Position numbers and translations under genes: made by a program
NCBI RefSeq assembly: GCF_000219175.1
Contig: NC_015735.1
Span: forward strand, 240,001 to 272,000
Reading direction: 5' to 3'
DNA from: Candidatus Moranella endobia PCIT
GTDB taxonomy: Bacteria; Pseudomonadota; Gammaproteobacteria; Enterobacterales; Enterobacteriaceae
Length of the DNA stretch: 32,000 bases
Part shown: piece after piece, positions 11,311 through 21,315 of the stretch
Position numbering within the stretch: position 1 is the first letter of the stretch
How the letters are laid out: the number at the start of each line of letters is the position of its first letter
Notes under the pieces: generated by a model
The model's input: only the letters and a program-made list of their open reading frames with translations
Databases searched by the model: none
Told to the model about the DNA's origin: nothing

Positions 11311-11407
11311 TTAATAATGCCGTTTTGCAGCTAATCATTAATTAATTGGGGGGTAACCATTAATTAAACTTACACTCGTGGACTATATATAGTAATTATA
11401 TTATAAT
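11311..11407 (+). repeat. left arm of a perfect 97-bp inverted repeat
   Basis: TTAATAATGCCGTTTTGCAGC...AGTAATTATATTATAAT is the exact reverse complement of 13348..13444. Confidence 0.95.
11379..11407 (+). promoter_or_regulatory. candidate sigma70 promoter for tRNA-Leu(CAA): TGGACT-N17-TATAAT, inside the repeat arm
   Basis: Perfect TATAAT at 11402-11407, 17-nt spacer to TGGACT (4/6 match to TTGACA); tRNA starts at 11419. Confidence 0.6.
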
Positions 11408-11418
11408 ACAATTTCAGT

Positions 11419-11503
11419 GCCGAAGTGGCGAAATTGGTAGACGCAGTTGATTCAAAATCAACCACCTGCTGGTATGCCGGTTCGAGTCCGGCCTTCGGCA
11501 CCA
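11419..11503 (+). tRNA. leuX: tRNA-Leu (anticodon CAA), CCA encoded
   Basis: GCCGAAGTGGCGAAATTGGTAGACGCAGTTGATTCAAAATCAACC...GGTTCGAGTCCGGCCTTCGGCACCA; class II tRNA close to E. coli leuX. Confidence 0.95.
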
Positions 11504-11739
11504 TATCTGCAGATCTACTTCGATCTTTTCAGAAATTACGCTCAACTATTGCTGAGTCGTTTACGTGGGTCACTTGTTGTTTAGTGCTACCTAACTAAGC
11601 GCGCCTACTATATATATTACGAATACATAAAAAAAGCTTAAACAACAAACATGAGATTTTTTGCATGTTAATGGTTTGTGGCACGGTTCATTCTACGTTT
11701 TGAATTTGTTCGCGCATTTGTTCAGTAAGTACTTTAAGT

Positions 11740-12555
11740 TCAATCGGCTGATGCAGTTACGCTGGTATTGACCGATTTTGCAGCTAGCGTGTTCGACTCG
11801 CGGTGCAATTCCTGCATTATAAAATCAAGTCTGCGACCTACCGCTTCTGGTTTGTTCAAAATATGGTAGGTTTCTTTAACATGGGTATCGATGCGATCCA
11901 GTTCCTCGGCGATGTCTATCCGTTGCGCTAAAATCACCAATTCCTGCTCTATACGGTTACTATCCAACTTAACTTGGGCTTCCTGAAGTTTGTTCAGCAG
12001 CTTTTCGCGTTGCCAGACTAGTACTGTCGGCATCTGTTGGCGCACCTTGGCTGATTCTGCACTGACACCAGCTAATCGTTTTTCTATTAGTTTCTTAAGA
12101 GCCTTGCCTTCAGTTTCACGGGCGCTGATAAGGTCTTTGCAAGTCGCGTCCAACTCCAATAGTAATTCGGCGCTGATCGTGTCTAACTCCTGCTCGGTCG
12201 TGGACATGACGCCCGGCCATCGTAAAATTTCTAGTGGTTCGATTGTACCTTCTTCTTGGCTTTGTATTTTAACCCACTTAGCGGCTGCAATCACTTGTTT
12301 TGCAAGTGTTTTATTGATGATTAAGGTACTTTGTACATTAGGATTAACGTAAAAGTACAGATTACATTCCACTTTGCCTCGAGTAAGACACAAGCGTATA
12401 CGTTCACGAATAGCTTGCTCCAGAAAAATCAATTGTTCTGGCAGACGTATGTAGGTTTCCAAATAGCGATGATTAATGGAACGTAGTTCCCAGGCGGCAT
12501 TGCCCCATATGCCTGTAATTTCACGCCGGGCAAAAGCAGTCATACTTCTAATCAT
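11740..12555 (-). CDS. yicC: YicC family protein (endoribonuclease), open frame lost about 17 codons before the ancestral stop
   Basis: MIRSMTAFARREITGIWGNAAWELRSINHRYLETYIRLPEQ and GRRLDFIMQELHRESNTLAAKS match YicC; the remaining C-terminal residues are readable in another frame down to 11688. Confidence 0.9.
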   Translation of the reverse strand: MIRSMTAFARREITGIWGNAAWELRSINHRYLETYIRLPEQLIFLEQAIRERIRLCLTRGKVECNLYFYVNPNVQSTLIINKTLAKQVIAAAKWVKIQSQEEGTIEPLEILRWPGVMSTTEQELDTISAELLLELDATCKDLISARETEGKALKKLIEKRLAGVSAESAKVRQQMPTVLVWQREKLLNKLQEAQVKLDSNRIEQELVILAQRIDIAEELDRIDTHVKETYHILNKPEAVGRRLDFIMQELHRESNTLAAKSVNTSVTASAD

Positions 12556-12639
12556 AGGCTGACCAATTTATTTAACATTCCTGTGATTATCATCCCGCTA
12601 CTCAAGACAAGATCAGATAAATCTTGTAGTCCGCGTATA

Positions 12640-13347
12640 ATGCGGCATAGCTAACCAATCATTGACAAACAGGACCTATTCTTAGGCCCTCAGCAGAAAT
12701 AACCTATCGCAAGTACGACCGGTAATAATTACTAGCAATTTTATTCAACATACCGAAAATCGGTATTAATAGCATGTGGTAAAATGCGCGTACTATGTAC
12801 TGCGTCGGTGGATAAGGGTGTGCCGCCTTTAAAAAAGGCGGCAAGGGCTGGATTACTGCTTAATATGGTATGTTACCATGTGCAACCCATACTCGCAATA
12901 CCCGAGAAGCAGCGAAAGGCAAGCAAGGTTGCCAAACTATGGAAATAAAGCATCTTATCGCACGCTCGCTACGTGCTTGCTGCTGTAGATTTACACAAAA
13001 ATGGACGTATAGACAGCAATAATTGCTCAATTACCTGGACTTGCTTAGCGCTGGCTGATACCTTAACCAGCATAAAGAAAAAATCAGTTGAATATTAATC
13101 CGATGAGAGGATGCGGCGCAGCAATTTCGTTAGGTATAGTTGCTGGGGAAGCAGTGTGCGATTTGGAATATATAGACGATTGAGTAGCAGAAACTACTAT
13201 TAATGTAGTAATGTTTGAAGATGGTCGCTTGATCGAAGTGCAAGTGACTGCCGAATGTAAGCCTGTTAGTACACAAGAATTTATTGTTTTGCTGACCGCT
13301 GTGGTATTTATAGTCGGATAAAAGCACAAAAAGCAGCGCAGGCCGCG
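12640..13347 (+). pseudogene. rph: RNase PH (rph) pseudogene
   Basis: Broken reading frames give [60 protein letters not shown], and [40 protein letters not shown], matching RNase PH in order; adjacent and divergent to yicC as in E. coli. Confidence 0.9.
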
Positions 13348-13444
13348 ATTATAATATAATTACTATATATAGTCCACGAGTGTAAGTTTAATTAATGGTT
13401 ACCCCCCAATTAATTAATGATTAGCTGCAAAACGGCATTATTAA
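13348..13444 (-). repeat. right arm of the perfect 97-bp inverted repeat
   Basis: Exact reverse complement of 11311..11407; ends 2 nt before the rsmH ATG (13447). Confidence 0.95.
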
Positions 13445-13446
13445 CT

Positions 13447-14400
13447 ATGTCAGATAATTATTTACATACCACTGTTTTGCTAAATGAAGCGGTACATGGT
13501 TTAAACCTACGACCTGATGGCATCTATTTTGACGGAACCTTTGGGCGTGGCGGGCATTCGCGGTTAATTTTATCAAAGCTTAATGCACAAGGACGACTAT
13601 TTGCTATAGATTGTGATCCGGCGGCAATTGAAGCGGCACAGACCATCGATGATACACGTTTTACTATTGTCCATAAGCCTTTTTCCGCAATGCTGGATTA
13701 CATAGCAGAAAGAGATCTTGTTGGTCAAATTGACGGTATTTTGCTAGATCTAGGCGTCTCTTCGCCGCAAATCGACGATCCAGCACGTGGTTTTTCATTT
13801 ATGCGCGACGGACCACTGGATATGCGTATGGATAACACAAGCGGGCAGTCAGCCGCGCAGTGGCTAGCACAAGCGTCAGTGGACGAGATAAGCTGGGTTC
13901 TAAAGACCTTTGGCGAGGAGCGTTTCGCCAAACGCATAGCACAGGCAATCGTCGCAAGAAATCGCCAACGACCTCCTATAACACGGACTCTAGAACTAGC
14001 AGCCTTAATTACCAAGGCCATTCCGTTTCATGATAATCGTAAGCACCCTGCAACGCGCAGTTTCCAGGCGATTCGGATCTATATCAATTGCGAGCTAGAA
14101 GAGATCGAACGGGCTCTCAACTGCGCGTTGCAGGGGCTGGCCCCATACGGCAGATTAGCAGTTATAAGCTTCCATTCTATAGAGGATCGGTTGGTGAAAC
14201 AGTTTATCTATCAGCACAGCTACATACCGCAGGTGCCGGTGGGTATACCACTAACAGAAGCGCAAATATCCGCGCAATACCAGCATTGGCGCCAATTGAA
14301 AATTTTAGGGAAAATACATCCTTCGGCGCAAGAAATTACAGATAACCCACGTGCGCGTAGTTCGGTGCTAAGATTAGCAGAGAAATTGTCTAAAACATGA
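13447..14400 (+). CDS. rsmH: 16S rRNA m4C1402 methyltransferase RsmH (track start 13417; homology start [16 protein letters not shown])
   Basis: [52 protein letters not shown] match RsmH/MraW. Confidence 0.97.
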   Translation: MSDNYLHTTVLLNEAVHGLNLRPDGIYFDGTFGRGGHSRLILSKLNAQGRLFAIDCDPAAIEAAQTIDDTRFTIVHKPFSAMLDYIAERDLVGQIDGILLDLGVSSPQIDDPARGFSFMRDGPLDMRMDNTSGQSAAQWLAQASVDEISWVLKTFGEERFAKRIAQAIVARNRQRPPITRTLELAALITKAIPFHDNRKHPATRSFQAIRIYINCELEEIERALNCALQGLAPYGRLAVISFHSIEDRLVKQFIYQHSYIPQVPVGIPLTEAQISAQYQHWRQLKILGKIHPSAQEITDNPRARSSVLRLAEKLSKT

Positions 14401-14666
14401 TCGATAGAAAACATTATCACTTAGTTGGAAGCATAGGTAAAGATATATTAAATAATGGCAAACTGCCCGCGCTATTACTGATTGCGGTTCTCGCCTCATC
14501 GAGCTTGGTAGTTATAACCACCTACCAAACCAGGCGGCTAACAGTTGAACGTGAGCAACTGCTTCTAGAACAGAATATATTAGATATCGAGTGGCGTAAC
14601 CTGATCCTAGAAGATAATGTTATTAGCGATCAAAGTCGCTTTGAGTTTGTCGCCACTGAGCAGTGA
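14397..14666 (+). CDS. ftsL: cell division protein FtsL, C-terminally truncated (89 aa)
   Basis: [54 protein letters not shown] matches FtsL; position between rsmH and ftsI. Confidence 0.9.
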   Translation: MIDRKHYHLVGSIGKDILNNGKLPALLLIAVLASSSLVVITTYQTRRLTVEREQLLLEQNILDIEWRNLILEDNVISDQSRFEFVATEQ

Positions 14667-14935
14667 CCAAGACCATATTTAGATTAGTCGCAAGAAAAAT
14701 ATTGTGCTTCCACCTTAAGTGATCGTACTTTATCCGCTTTGATCGACCTTAGTCGCAGTCGCAAATACTGATTTATGACAAGTAGGCTGAAAAAAAATTG
14801 CTATTACTTACAGTTTAGTTATAAAAATAGCATTTGAAAGCAACCTATACTGCGATCTTTAGCGCTTGAATCTAATCATAAATTATTGGCAAAATAAGCA
14901 CAATTAGTCCGCAAACTGATAATAAATAGCGATAC

Positions 14936-16711
14936 ATGAAAGCCGCAGCATGCATGACCACTCTGAAACGCCAGGCGGCTAATAATACCAGACTTGGCGG
15001 TTGGCGTTTTACTGTTCTGTATAGTTGCATCCTACTAGCGTTGATCGGTATGACAATCAGGTTAGCCTATCTACATATCATTAATCACGATCAACTGGTA
15101 CGTGAAGGAGATATGCGCTCGCGGCGTGTGCAGCAAATTCCTACCATGCGTGGTATGATAAGCGACCGAGTCGGACGTCCTCTGGCAGTAAGCGTGCCAG
15201 TTCACGCTATCTGGGCAGATCCGCAACAGTTGACAAAATACTATAGCAGTATGAGCACAAACTTACGCTGGAAAGCGTTTTACGATGTGCTTTCTCTCTC
15301 TTATGATCAACTGTTATCGCGCATGCATACTAATTCTACAAGGCGCTTTGTCTATTTAGCGCGCCAAGTTAATCCTAATATTAGCGATTATATCCATAAA
15401 CTTAACCTGCCAGGTATTTATCTTCGACAGGAGTCACGTCGCTATTATCCCGCTGGTCATTCAACAGCGCATCTTCTTGGCGTGACCAATATTGATAGTC
15501 AGGGTATTGAAGGTATTGAAAAAAGTTTCGACAAGTGGCTAACCGGCCAACCCAACGAGCGAATGGTGCGCAAAGATCGTTTTGGCAAGATCATAGAGAA
15601 TATATCTTCGGTCGCCCGCCAGACCACGCATAATCTGTCGCTAAGTATTGACGAACAGCTGCAGGCATTGGTGTATCGTGAGCTTAATCAAGCCGTTGCA
15701 TGCAATCGTGCCGAATCTGGCACATCAGTTTTGGTGGATGTCAATACTGGCGAAGTGCTAGCAATGGCCATCAGTCCTTCTTACAACCCCAACAATTTAG
15801 TTGGCACCAACATGGATATAATGCGTAATCGTGCTATTACCGATAGTTTTGAGCCAGGTTCAACAGTAAAGCCAATGGTGGTCATGACAGCACTGCAGCG
15901 TAGATTAGTGGGGGAAAACAGCCTACTTAATACATTACCTTACATGATTAGTAGTCACCAAATTAAGGATGTAGCGCGCTATGCTGAATTGTCCATGACA
16001 GGAATTTTGCAGAAATCTAGTAACGTTGGTGTATCTAGGCTTGCGTTAGCAATGCCATCTTCGTCGCTAGCAGAAACTTACTCTCGCTTTGGATTGGGTA
16101 AAGCGACCCAGTTGGGGCTGATTGGGGAACGCAATGGCGGCTTATGTTCCCATAACCAACGTTGTTCTGACATGGACAGAGCGACTTTTTCTTACGGTTA
16201 CGGTCTAATGGCTACACCGTTACAATTAGCACGCGTATATACTATTATTGGCAGCATGGGTGTTTTACGCCCGCTGTCTATCACCAGGATAAATCCACCA
16301 GTGATAGGAGAGCGTGTGTTTCCGGCGTCGCTAGTACGTACGGTAGTACACATGATGGAAAGTGTGGCGCTACCAGGTGGATGTGGTAATAAAGCTACAA
16401 TCAATGGTTATCGTATCGCTATTAAAACTGGTACCACTAAAAAATTGGGGCTAAATGGCCATTATATCAATAAATATGTGGCCTATACCGCTGGGGTAGC
16501 GCCAGTTAGTAATCCGCGGTTTGCACTAGTGGTCGTTATAAATGATCCGCAGGGCGGCAAATACTACGGAGGAGCAGTTTCCGCGCCAGTATTTAGCACA
16601 ATTATGGGCAGCATTCTGCGGACAAAGCACATAGAACCAGATGCGCTGCGGAAACCTAGTAAAAAATTCGCCATAGTCGTAAAGACTAATACAAAAAAGA
16701 AGGTATTATAG
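14936..16711 (+). CDS. ftsI: peptidoglycan D,D-transpeptidase FtsI (PBP3)
   Basis: 591 aa; catalytic PGSTVKPMVVMTALQ, SSNVG and KTGTTKK motifs; ALVVVINDPQGGKYYGGAVSAPVF. Confidence 0.98.
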   Translation: MKAAACMTTLKRQAANNTRLGGWRFTVLYSCILLALIGMTIRLAYLHIINHDQLVREGDMRSRRVQQIPTMRGMISDRVGRPLAVSVPVHAIWADPQQLTKYYSSMSTNLRWKAFYDVLSLSYDQLLSRMHTNSTRRFVYLARQVNPNISDYIHKLNLPGIYLRQESRRYYPAGHSTAHLLGVTNIDSQGIEGIEKSFDKWLTGQPNERMVRKDRFGKIIENISSVARQTTHNLSLSIDEQLQALVYRELNQAVACNRAESGTSVLVDVNTGEVLAMAISPSYNPNNLVGTNMDIMRNRAITDSFEPGSTVKPMVVMTALQRRLVGENSLLNTLPYMISSHQIKDVARYAELSMTGILQKSSNVGVSRLALAMPSSSLAETYSRFGLGKATQLGLIGERNGGLCSHNQRCSDMDRATFSYGYGLMATPLQLARVYTIIGSMGVLRPLSITRINPPVIGERVFPASLVRTVVHMMESVALPGGCGNKATINGYRIAIKTGTTKKLGLNGHYINKYVAYTAGVAPVSNPRFALVVVINDPQGGKYYGGAVSAPVFSTIMGSILRTKHIEPDALRKPSKKFAIVVKTNTKKKVL

Positions 16712-17239
16712 GCATTTATGTATGAACTTGAATAATTCGTAATCAGCTTGATGCCCACCATGGTTAAGATGGTTAAGCTAGAGCTAGCTATAATACTACT
16801 CAGGCATTGCCGCTGTCAGGGCACAAGCATAATGAATGACATTCGATAATAAGAGGAACCATTCAAAAGCAGCTATCGGCGCTGACTGGTATTTTATTAC
16901 GCATCCTTTAATCGACTCGTTTTGTACTTGTAACAAGACAAAACCACCCGCACCATCTGGATCATATCCACCCTAGTCAATACAATAATACCATCTGCAT
17001 ACCAAAATAAGTTCAGTACTTATTCTTATAAAGAAGATCACTGACCACAGTTGATCGTAGTGTATTGTTATTGGTCAATGACTAACTACTATCTATCATT
17101 CATTACCGCTTGCACGAAATAATCACTGGCTTTGTACAGGCTCTTAAATAAGCGACAGATAGTGCCTTAAGTCTTGAAGTATTTCACACATACAGTAAGT
17201 AGTAGTAGATCCTATTAAAATAGTTTAATGGATCTGATC

Positions 17240-17345
17240 GTGCTAAAGGTGGCTAGTTTTGCTAAAGATGCTACAGTAGTAGCAGGCCAGGCTAAGCCAT
17301 ACCACTCGCCAGTAAAATATGGCGCTTGTAGTTTATCTAACTAAC
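17240..17345 (+). pseudogene. murE: probable 3' fossil of murE
   Basis: Fragment FAKDATVVAGQAKPYHSPV resembles the MurE C-terminal region AKENDVVLVAGKGHEDYQ; correct syntenic slot after ftsI. Weak similarity. Confidence 0.4.
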
Positions 17346-17404
17346 CGTCCCCATTCTCCGGTAAAATAGCCAAGATCCAGTCTTAAGGCCAGGAGATAAC
17401 CGCT

Positions 17405-17547
17405 GTGATTCTACCCTACTCCCTACTGTCAGGTTTTCAGATGATCTGTAGTCTAACTAACCTGGTGAGAAAGAAGTGGCTAGAGAGTTAACGTAGTACC
17501 GCAATCGACAAGTGGTGCGCGAGTTACAGGAGAAAGCACCATGTTAG
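17405..17547 (+). pseudogene. murF: murF fossil: 5' end fused to 3' end after a large internal deletion
   Basis: GTG ATT ... at 17405 (MISVTLSQLTDI-like) and 3' [17 protein letters not shown] resembling the MurF end RSAAMEEVVRALQENGTC*; its stop overlaps the mraY ATGTTAG start. Confidence 0.65.
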
Positions 17548-18623
17548 TATGGCTGAACGAATATTTGGTTCAATTTTATTCATGGTGTAACGTTTTTTCT
17601 AACCTTACGTTCCGTACAAGCAGCAGCTTACTGACTTCGTTGTTCCTATCACTGTGGATCGGACAACACCTGATTATCAGGCTACAAAAACTACAAATTG
17701 GGCAGGTAGTGCGAAATGAAGGACCTAAATCTCATTTTCGCAAACGCGGTACGCCAACCATGGGCGGATTGATGATTCTAACGTCGATCACTCTTGCGGT
17801 GATAATCTGGGCATATCAGGCTAACCCCTATGTATGGTGCGTGCTATTTGTTCTGGTGAGTTACGGCATAGTGGGATTTATCGACGACTATCGTAAAGTG
17901 GTGCGCAAAGACACTAAGGGACTTAGTGCACGCTGGAAGTATTTCTGGCAGTCGGTTATAGCACTGGCGGTGGCGTTCACCATATTAGCGGCTGGAACAG
18001 AAACAACGGTTACCCAGCCAATGGTGCCATATTTAAAACAGGTTTTACCCCAGCTCAGGCTGAGGTATATGCTTTTAACTTACTTCGTTATTGTCGGCAC
18101 TAGCAATGCCGTAAATTTAACCGACGGTCTGGACGGGCTTGCTATTATGCCTACTGTATTTGTTGCCGCAGGTTTAGCTATAGCAGCGTTAGCAACCGGT
18201 AACATAAATGTAGCTGGCTACCTGAACATTGCTTACGTTAGCTTAGCCGGAGAGTTGGTTGTAGTCTGTGCGGCTATTATCGGTGCCAGTCTAGGTTTTT
18301 TGTGGTTCAACGCATATCCCGCACAAGTATTTATGGGCGACGTCGGATCGCTGGCACTAGGTGGAGCACTAGGCACCATTGCTGTATTGCTACATAAGGA
18401 ATTTTTGTTGTTGATTATGGGTGGTGTGTTTGTTTTAGAAGCATTATCGGTCATTTTACAGGTAGTATCGATTAAATTACTCGGTCAGCGCATGTTACTT
18501 ATGGCTCCTATTCATCACCATTATGAATTGAAAGGATGGCCAGAGCCGCGCGTTATCGTGCGCTTATGGATTATGTCGCTGATATTAGTCCTTCTTGGAT
18601 TGGCAACGCTAAAAGTATGGTAA
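17541..18623 (+). CDS. mraY: phospho-N-acetylmuramoyl-pentapeptide transferase MraY
   Basis: 360 aa; [61 protein letters not shown]. Confidence 0.98.
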   Translation: MLVWLNEYLVQFYSWCNVFSNLTFRTSSSLLTSLFLSLWIGQHLIIRLQKLQIGQVVRNEGPKSHFRKRGTPTMGGLMILTSITLAVIIWAYQANPYVWCVLFVLVSYGIVGFIDDYRKVVRKDTKGLSARWKYFWQSVIALAVAFTILAAGTETTVTQPMVPYLKQVLPQLRLRYMLLTYFVIVGTSNAVNLTDGLDGLAIMPTVFVAAGLAIAALATGNINVAGYLNIAYVSLAGELVVVCAAIIGASLGFLWFNAYPAQVFMGDVGSLALGGALGTIAVLLHKEFLLLIMGGVFVLEALSVILQVVSIKLLGQRMLLMAPIHHHYELKGWPEPRVIVRLWIMSLILVLLGLATLKVW

Positions 18624-19000
18624 TCATGCTGTACTATAATTTAAGTGAGTTAGTGTATGAACATTGCGGCGACAACTGGCTAAAAAACGCCCAAGCAAAC
18701 AACATTGTTAGAACGGAAGCGGTATTGTATGACAATAACGGTATTAAGTATCAGCTAATATCAATATCACTACGCATGAGATCTTAGCTGCTCTTAGTTG
18801 CTACAAAGCAACCACACCACATGGTGGTATTTATGGTTTGTATTAGATTGATGCGCATACTGCAATATGTCTAGAAGCATCAAAGCTCACTGATAAACTA
18901 GAGCAGTGTACATATGCACCATTTTCGCAATGTTAAAGTGCTAGTTTAGATTTTTATTACATTGCTTATGCAGTATCGGCTTAATAAGCGCATTATCGGG
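18620..19000 (+). pseudogene. murD: murD pseudogene (residual fragments)
   Basis: Starts directly after mraY with MVIML (cf. NVVIIGL); NWLKNAQANNIVRTEAVLYDNN matches the MurD region [21 protein letters not shown]; right end approximate. Confidence 0.75.
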
Positions 19001-19026
19001 CTGGTATTAATTATCTATCTGGAGCA

Positions 19027-20184
19027 GTGGAGTGGGTATTAAGAATGCACAAAACGGAGGCACAGACCTATTTACTATATGATCGTACGCTGCTATTGCT
19101 AACTATGGGACTAGTTGGTATAGGTTTGGTAATGGTTATCTCTACATCTATGCCCATTGGTGTGCGACTATCGGAAGATCCGTTTTATTTCGCTAGGCGC
19201 TATGCGTTTTACCTTGGTCTGGCTGTTGTACTGTCACTGGTCACTCTTGGAATACCGATGGCTAGTTGGCAGCGCGGCAGCTCATTAATCTTACTTATTA
19301 CCTTGATTATGCTGCTGTTAGTGCTCATTGCCGGCCAGTCAGTCAACGGCGCCGTTCGCTGGCTAGCACTCGGGCCGTGGCGTATCCAACCAGCAGAATT
19401 GTCCAAGCTAGCTTTATTTTGTTATTTAGCCAGTTATCTCGTACGCAAAGCAGAGGAAGTACGCACTAATTTCTGGGGTTTTTGCAAACCAATAGGAGTG
19501 ATGGTGCTGCTGGCTATATTACTGCTAGCGCAGCCAGATCTTGGAACAGTATTGGTGCTATTTATCACTACCCTGGCGATGCTATTCCTAGCTGAAGCTA
19601 AAATATGGCAATTTTTACCGATTATTGGTACCGGTATTTTAGCAGTTATGTTACTTATTATAGCAAAACCGTACCGTAGACGACGCGTAACATCATTCTT
19701 AAACCCATGGGATGATCCTTTTGGCAGAGGTTACCAACTTACTAACTCACTAATAGCGTTTGGTCGTGGCGAGTTGTGGGGGCAAGGTCTTGGCAATTCG
19801 ATACAAAAATTTGAATATCTAACTGAAGCCCATACCGACTTTATTTGCTCCATTTTAGGTGAAGAGTTAGGTTATTTCGGCGTGTTATTGGCGCTGCTGA
19901 TGGTATTTTTAGTGGCGTTTCGTGCTATGTCCATCGGCCGTAAAGCACTAGCAATCAACCAAATATTTTCGGGTTTTCTAGCATGTTCTATCGGAATTTG
20001 GTTTAGTTTCCAGACTATGGTCAATGTAGGCGCCGCCGCTGGAATGCTTCCCACTAAAGGTTTGACACTGCCATTTATCAGTTACGGTGGCTCTAGCATG
20101 CTCATTATGTTAACGGCAATTGTACTTCTGATTAGAATAGATTTTGAAACACGCCTGGCAAAATTACAAGCGTTTGTAAGGTGA
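19027..20184 (+). CDS. ftsW: peptidoglycan glycosyltransferase FtsW
   Basis: [80 protein letters not shown]. Confidence 0.97.
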   Translation: MEWVLRMHKTEAQTYLLYDRTLLLLTMGLVGIGLVMVISTSMPIGVRLSEDPFYFARRYAFYLGLAVVLSLVTLGIPMASWQRGSSLILLITLIMLLLVLIAGQSVNGAVRWLALGPWRIQPAELSKLALFCYLASYLVRKAEEVRTNFWGFCKPIGVMVLLAILLLAQPDLGTVLVLFITTLAMLFLAEAKIWQFLPIIGTGILAVMLLIIAKPYRRRRVTSFLNPWDDPFGRGYQLTNSLIAFGRGELWGQGLGNSIQKFEYLTEAHTDFICSILGEELGYFGVLLALLMVFLVAFRAMSIGRKALAINQIFSGFLACSIGIWFSFQTMVNVGAAAGMLPTKGLTLPFISYGGSSMLIMLTAIVLLIRIDFETRLAKLQAFVR

Positions 20185-21254
20185 CTACGATGAAGAAAAA
20201 TAACATGCGGTTAATAGTGATGGCCGGGGGCACTGGCGGGCATGTGTTCCCAGGACTTTCGGTCGCTAATCACCTGATGGCACAGGGTTGGCAGGTTAGA
20301 TGGCTCGGTACGGCCGATCGCATCGAAGCCAGTTTGGTACCGAAGTACGGCATTGACATCGACTTCATCCGCATTGGCGGCCTACGTGGTAAGAGTATAA
20401 CAGCACAAATTATGGCACCGGCACACATCTTGCGTGCCTGGCTTCAAGCGCGGCGAATTATGTACGCCTGGAGGCCAAATGTGGTGTTAGGAATGGGTGG
20501 CTATGTTTCCGGACCAGGCGGTTTGGCTGCCTGGAGCTATGGCATCCCGGTGGTACTGCATGAACAGAATGGCATTGCCGGTTTAACTAACCGCGCCCTA
20601 GCAAAGATAGCGAGAAAAGTACTACAAGCTGTTCCCGGCGCATTCCCTCATGCTGATGTAGTGGGCAACCCGGTGCGACATACAGTAATAGCGCTACCGG
20701 AGCCAGAATTACGCTTTCGCGAACGCACTGGTCCTATTAGGGTCTTGGTGATAGGAGGTAGTCAAGGCGCTCAGTTACTGAATAAAACTATGCCAGCTGT
20801 CGCTGCCCGCTTAGCTGGTACCTTAACCATTTGGCATCAAGTTGGCAAAGGAGCGCTAACTGAAGTAAATCGGGTCTACGCTGCTACCGGACAGCAACAT
20901 AAAGTGGTGGAATTTATTGAAGACATAGCAACAGCCTATGCCTGGGCGGATATTGTGGTTTGTCGAGCTGGTGCACTGACGGTGAGCGAAATTGCTGTTG
21001 CCGGTTTACCAGCGTTATTGATCCCTTTTACTCATAAAGATCGTCAGCAGTATTGGAATGCTAGGCTGTTGGATAAGGCCGGCGCGGCGACAATTATCGA
21101 GCAGCCAGCTTTTACAGCCGAGCTAGTTAGCAACGTTCTAGCAGGCTTGGATCGTACTATGTTGCTGACCATGGCGCAGCGCGCCAGGACTGCGGCTATT
21201 ATTGACGCAACGGAGCGGGTTGCGCGCGAAGTGGTAGCTGCTGCGCACCACTAA
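20181..21254 (+). CDS. murG: UDP-N-acetylglucosamine--lipid I transferase MurG
   Basis: [67 protein letters not shown]. Confidence 0.98.
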   Translation: MTTMKKNNMRLIVMAGGTGGHVFPGLSVANHLMAQGWQVRWLGTADRIEASLVPKYGIDIDFIRIGGLRGKSITAQIMAPAHILRAWLQARRIMYAWRPNVVLGMGGYVSGPGGLAAWSYGIPVVLHEQNGIAGLTNRALAKIARKVLQAVPGAFPHADVVGNPVRHTVIALPEPELRFRERTGPIRVLVIGGSQGAQLLNKTMPAVAARLAGTLTIWHQVGKGALTEVNRVYAATGQQHKVVEFIEDIATAYAWADIVVCRAGALTVSEIAVAGLPALLIPFTHKDRQQYWNARLLDKAGAATIIEQPAFTAELVSNVLAGLDRTMLLTMAQRARTAAIIDATERVAREVVAAAHH

Positions 21255-21315
21255 ACCTAAACATGACCATCGTAATTTATGAATGAAGTGATCAAACAAC
21301 GTACTGTTAATATAA

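Noticed and set aside
12822-12842. Perfect hairpin GCCGCCTTT-AAA-AAAGGCGGC resembling a terminator
   Set aside because: It lies inside the rph pseudogene and decodes as conserved VPPFKKGGKG sequence; no U-tract follows.
13084-13329. Track ORFs 13084..13329 (-) and 13130..13327 (-)
   Set aside because: Antisense to the rph pseudogene, whose plus-strand similarity explains the region.
18536-18787. 83-aa plus-strand ORF after mraY as a possible novel small protein
   Set aside because: First part overlaps the mraY 3' end in another frame and the rest matches MurD remnants.
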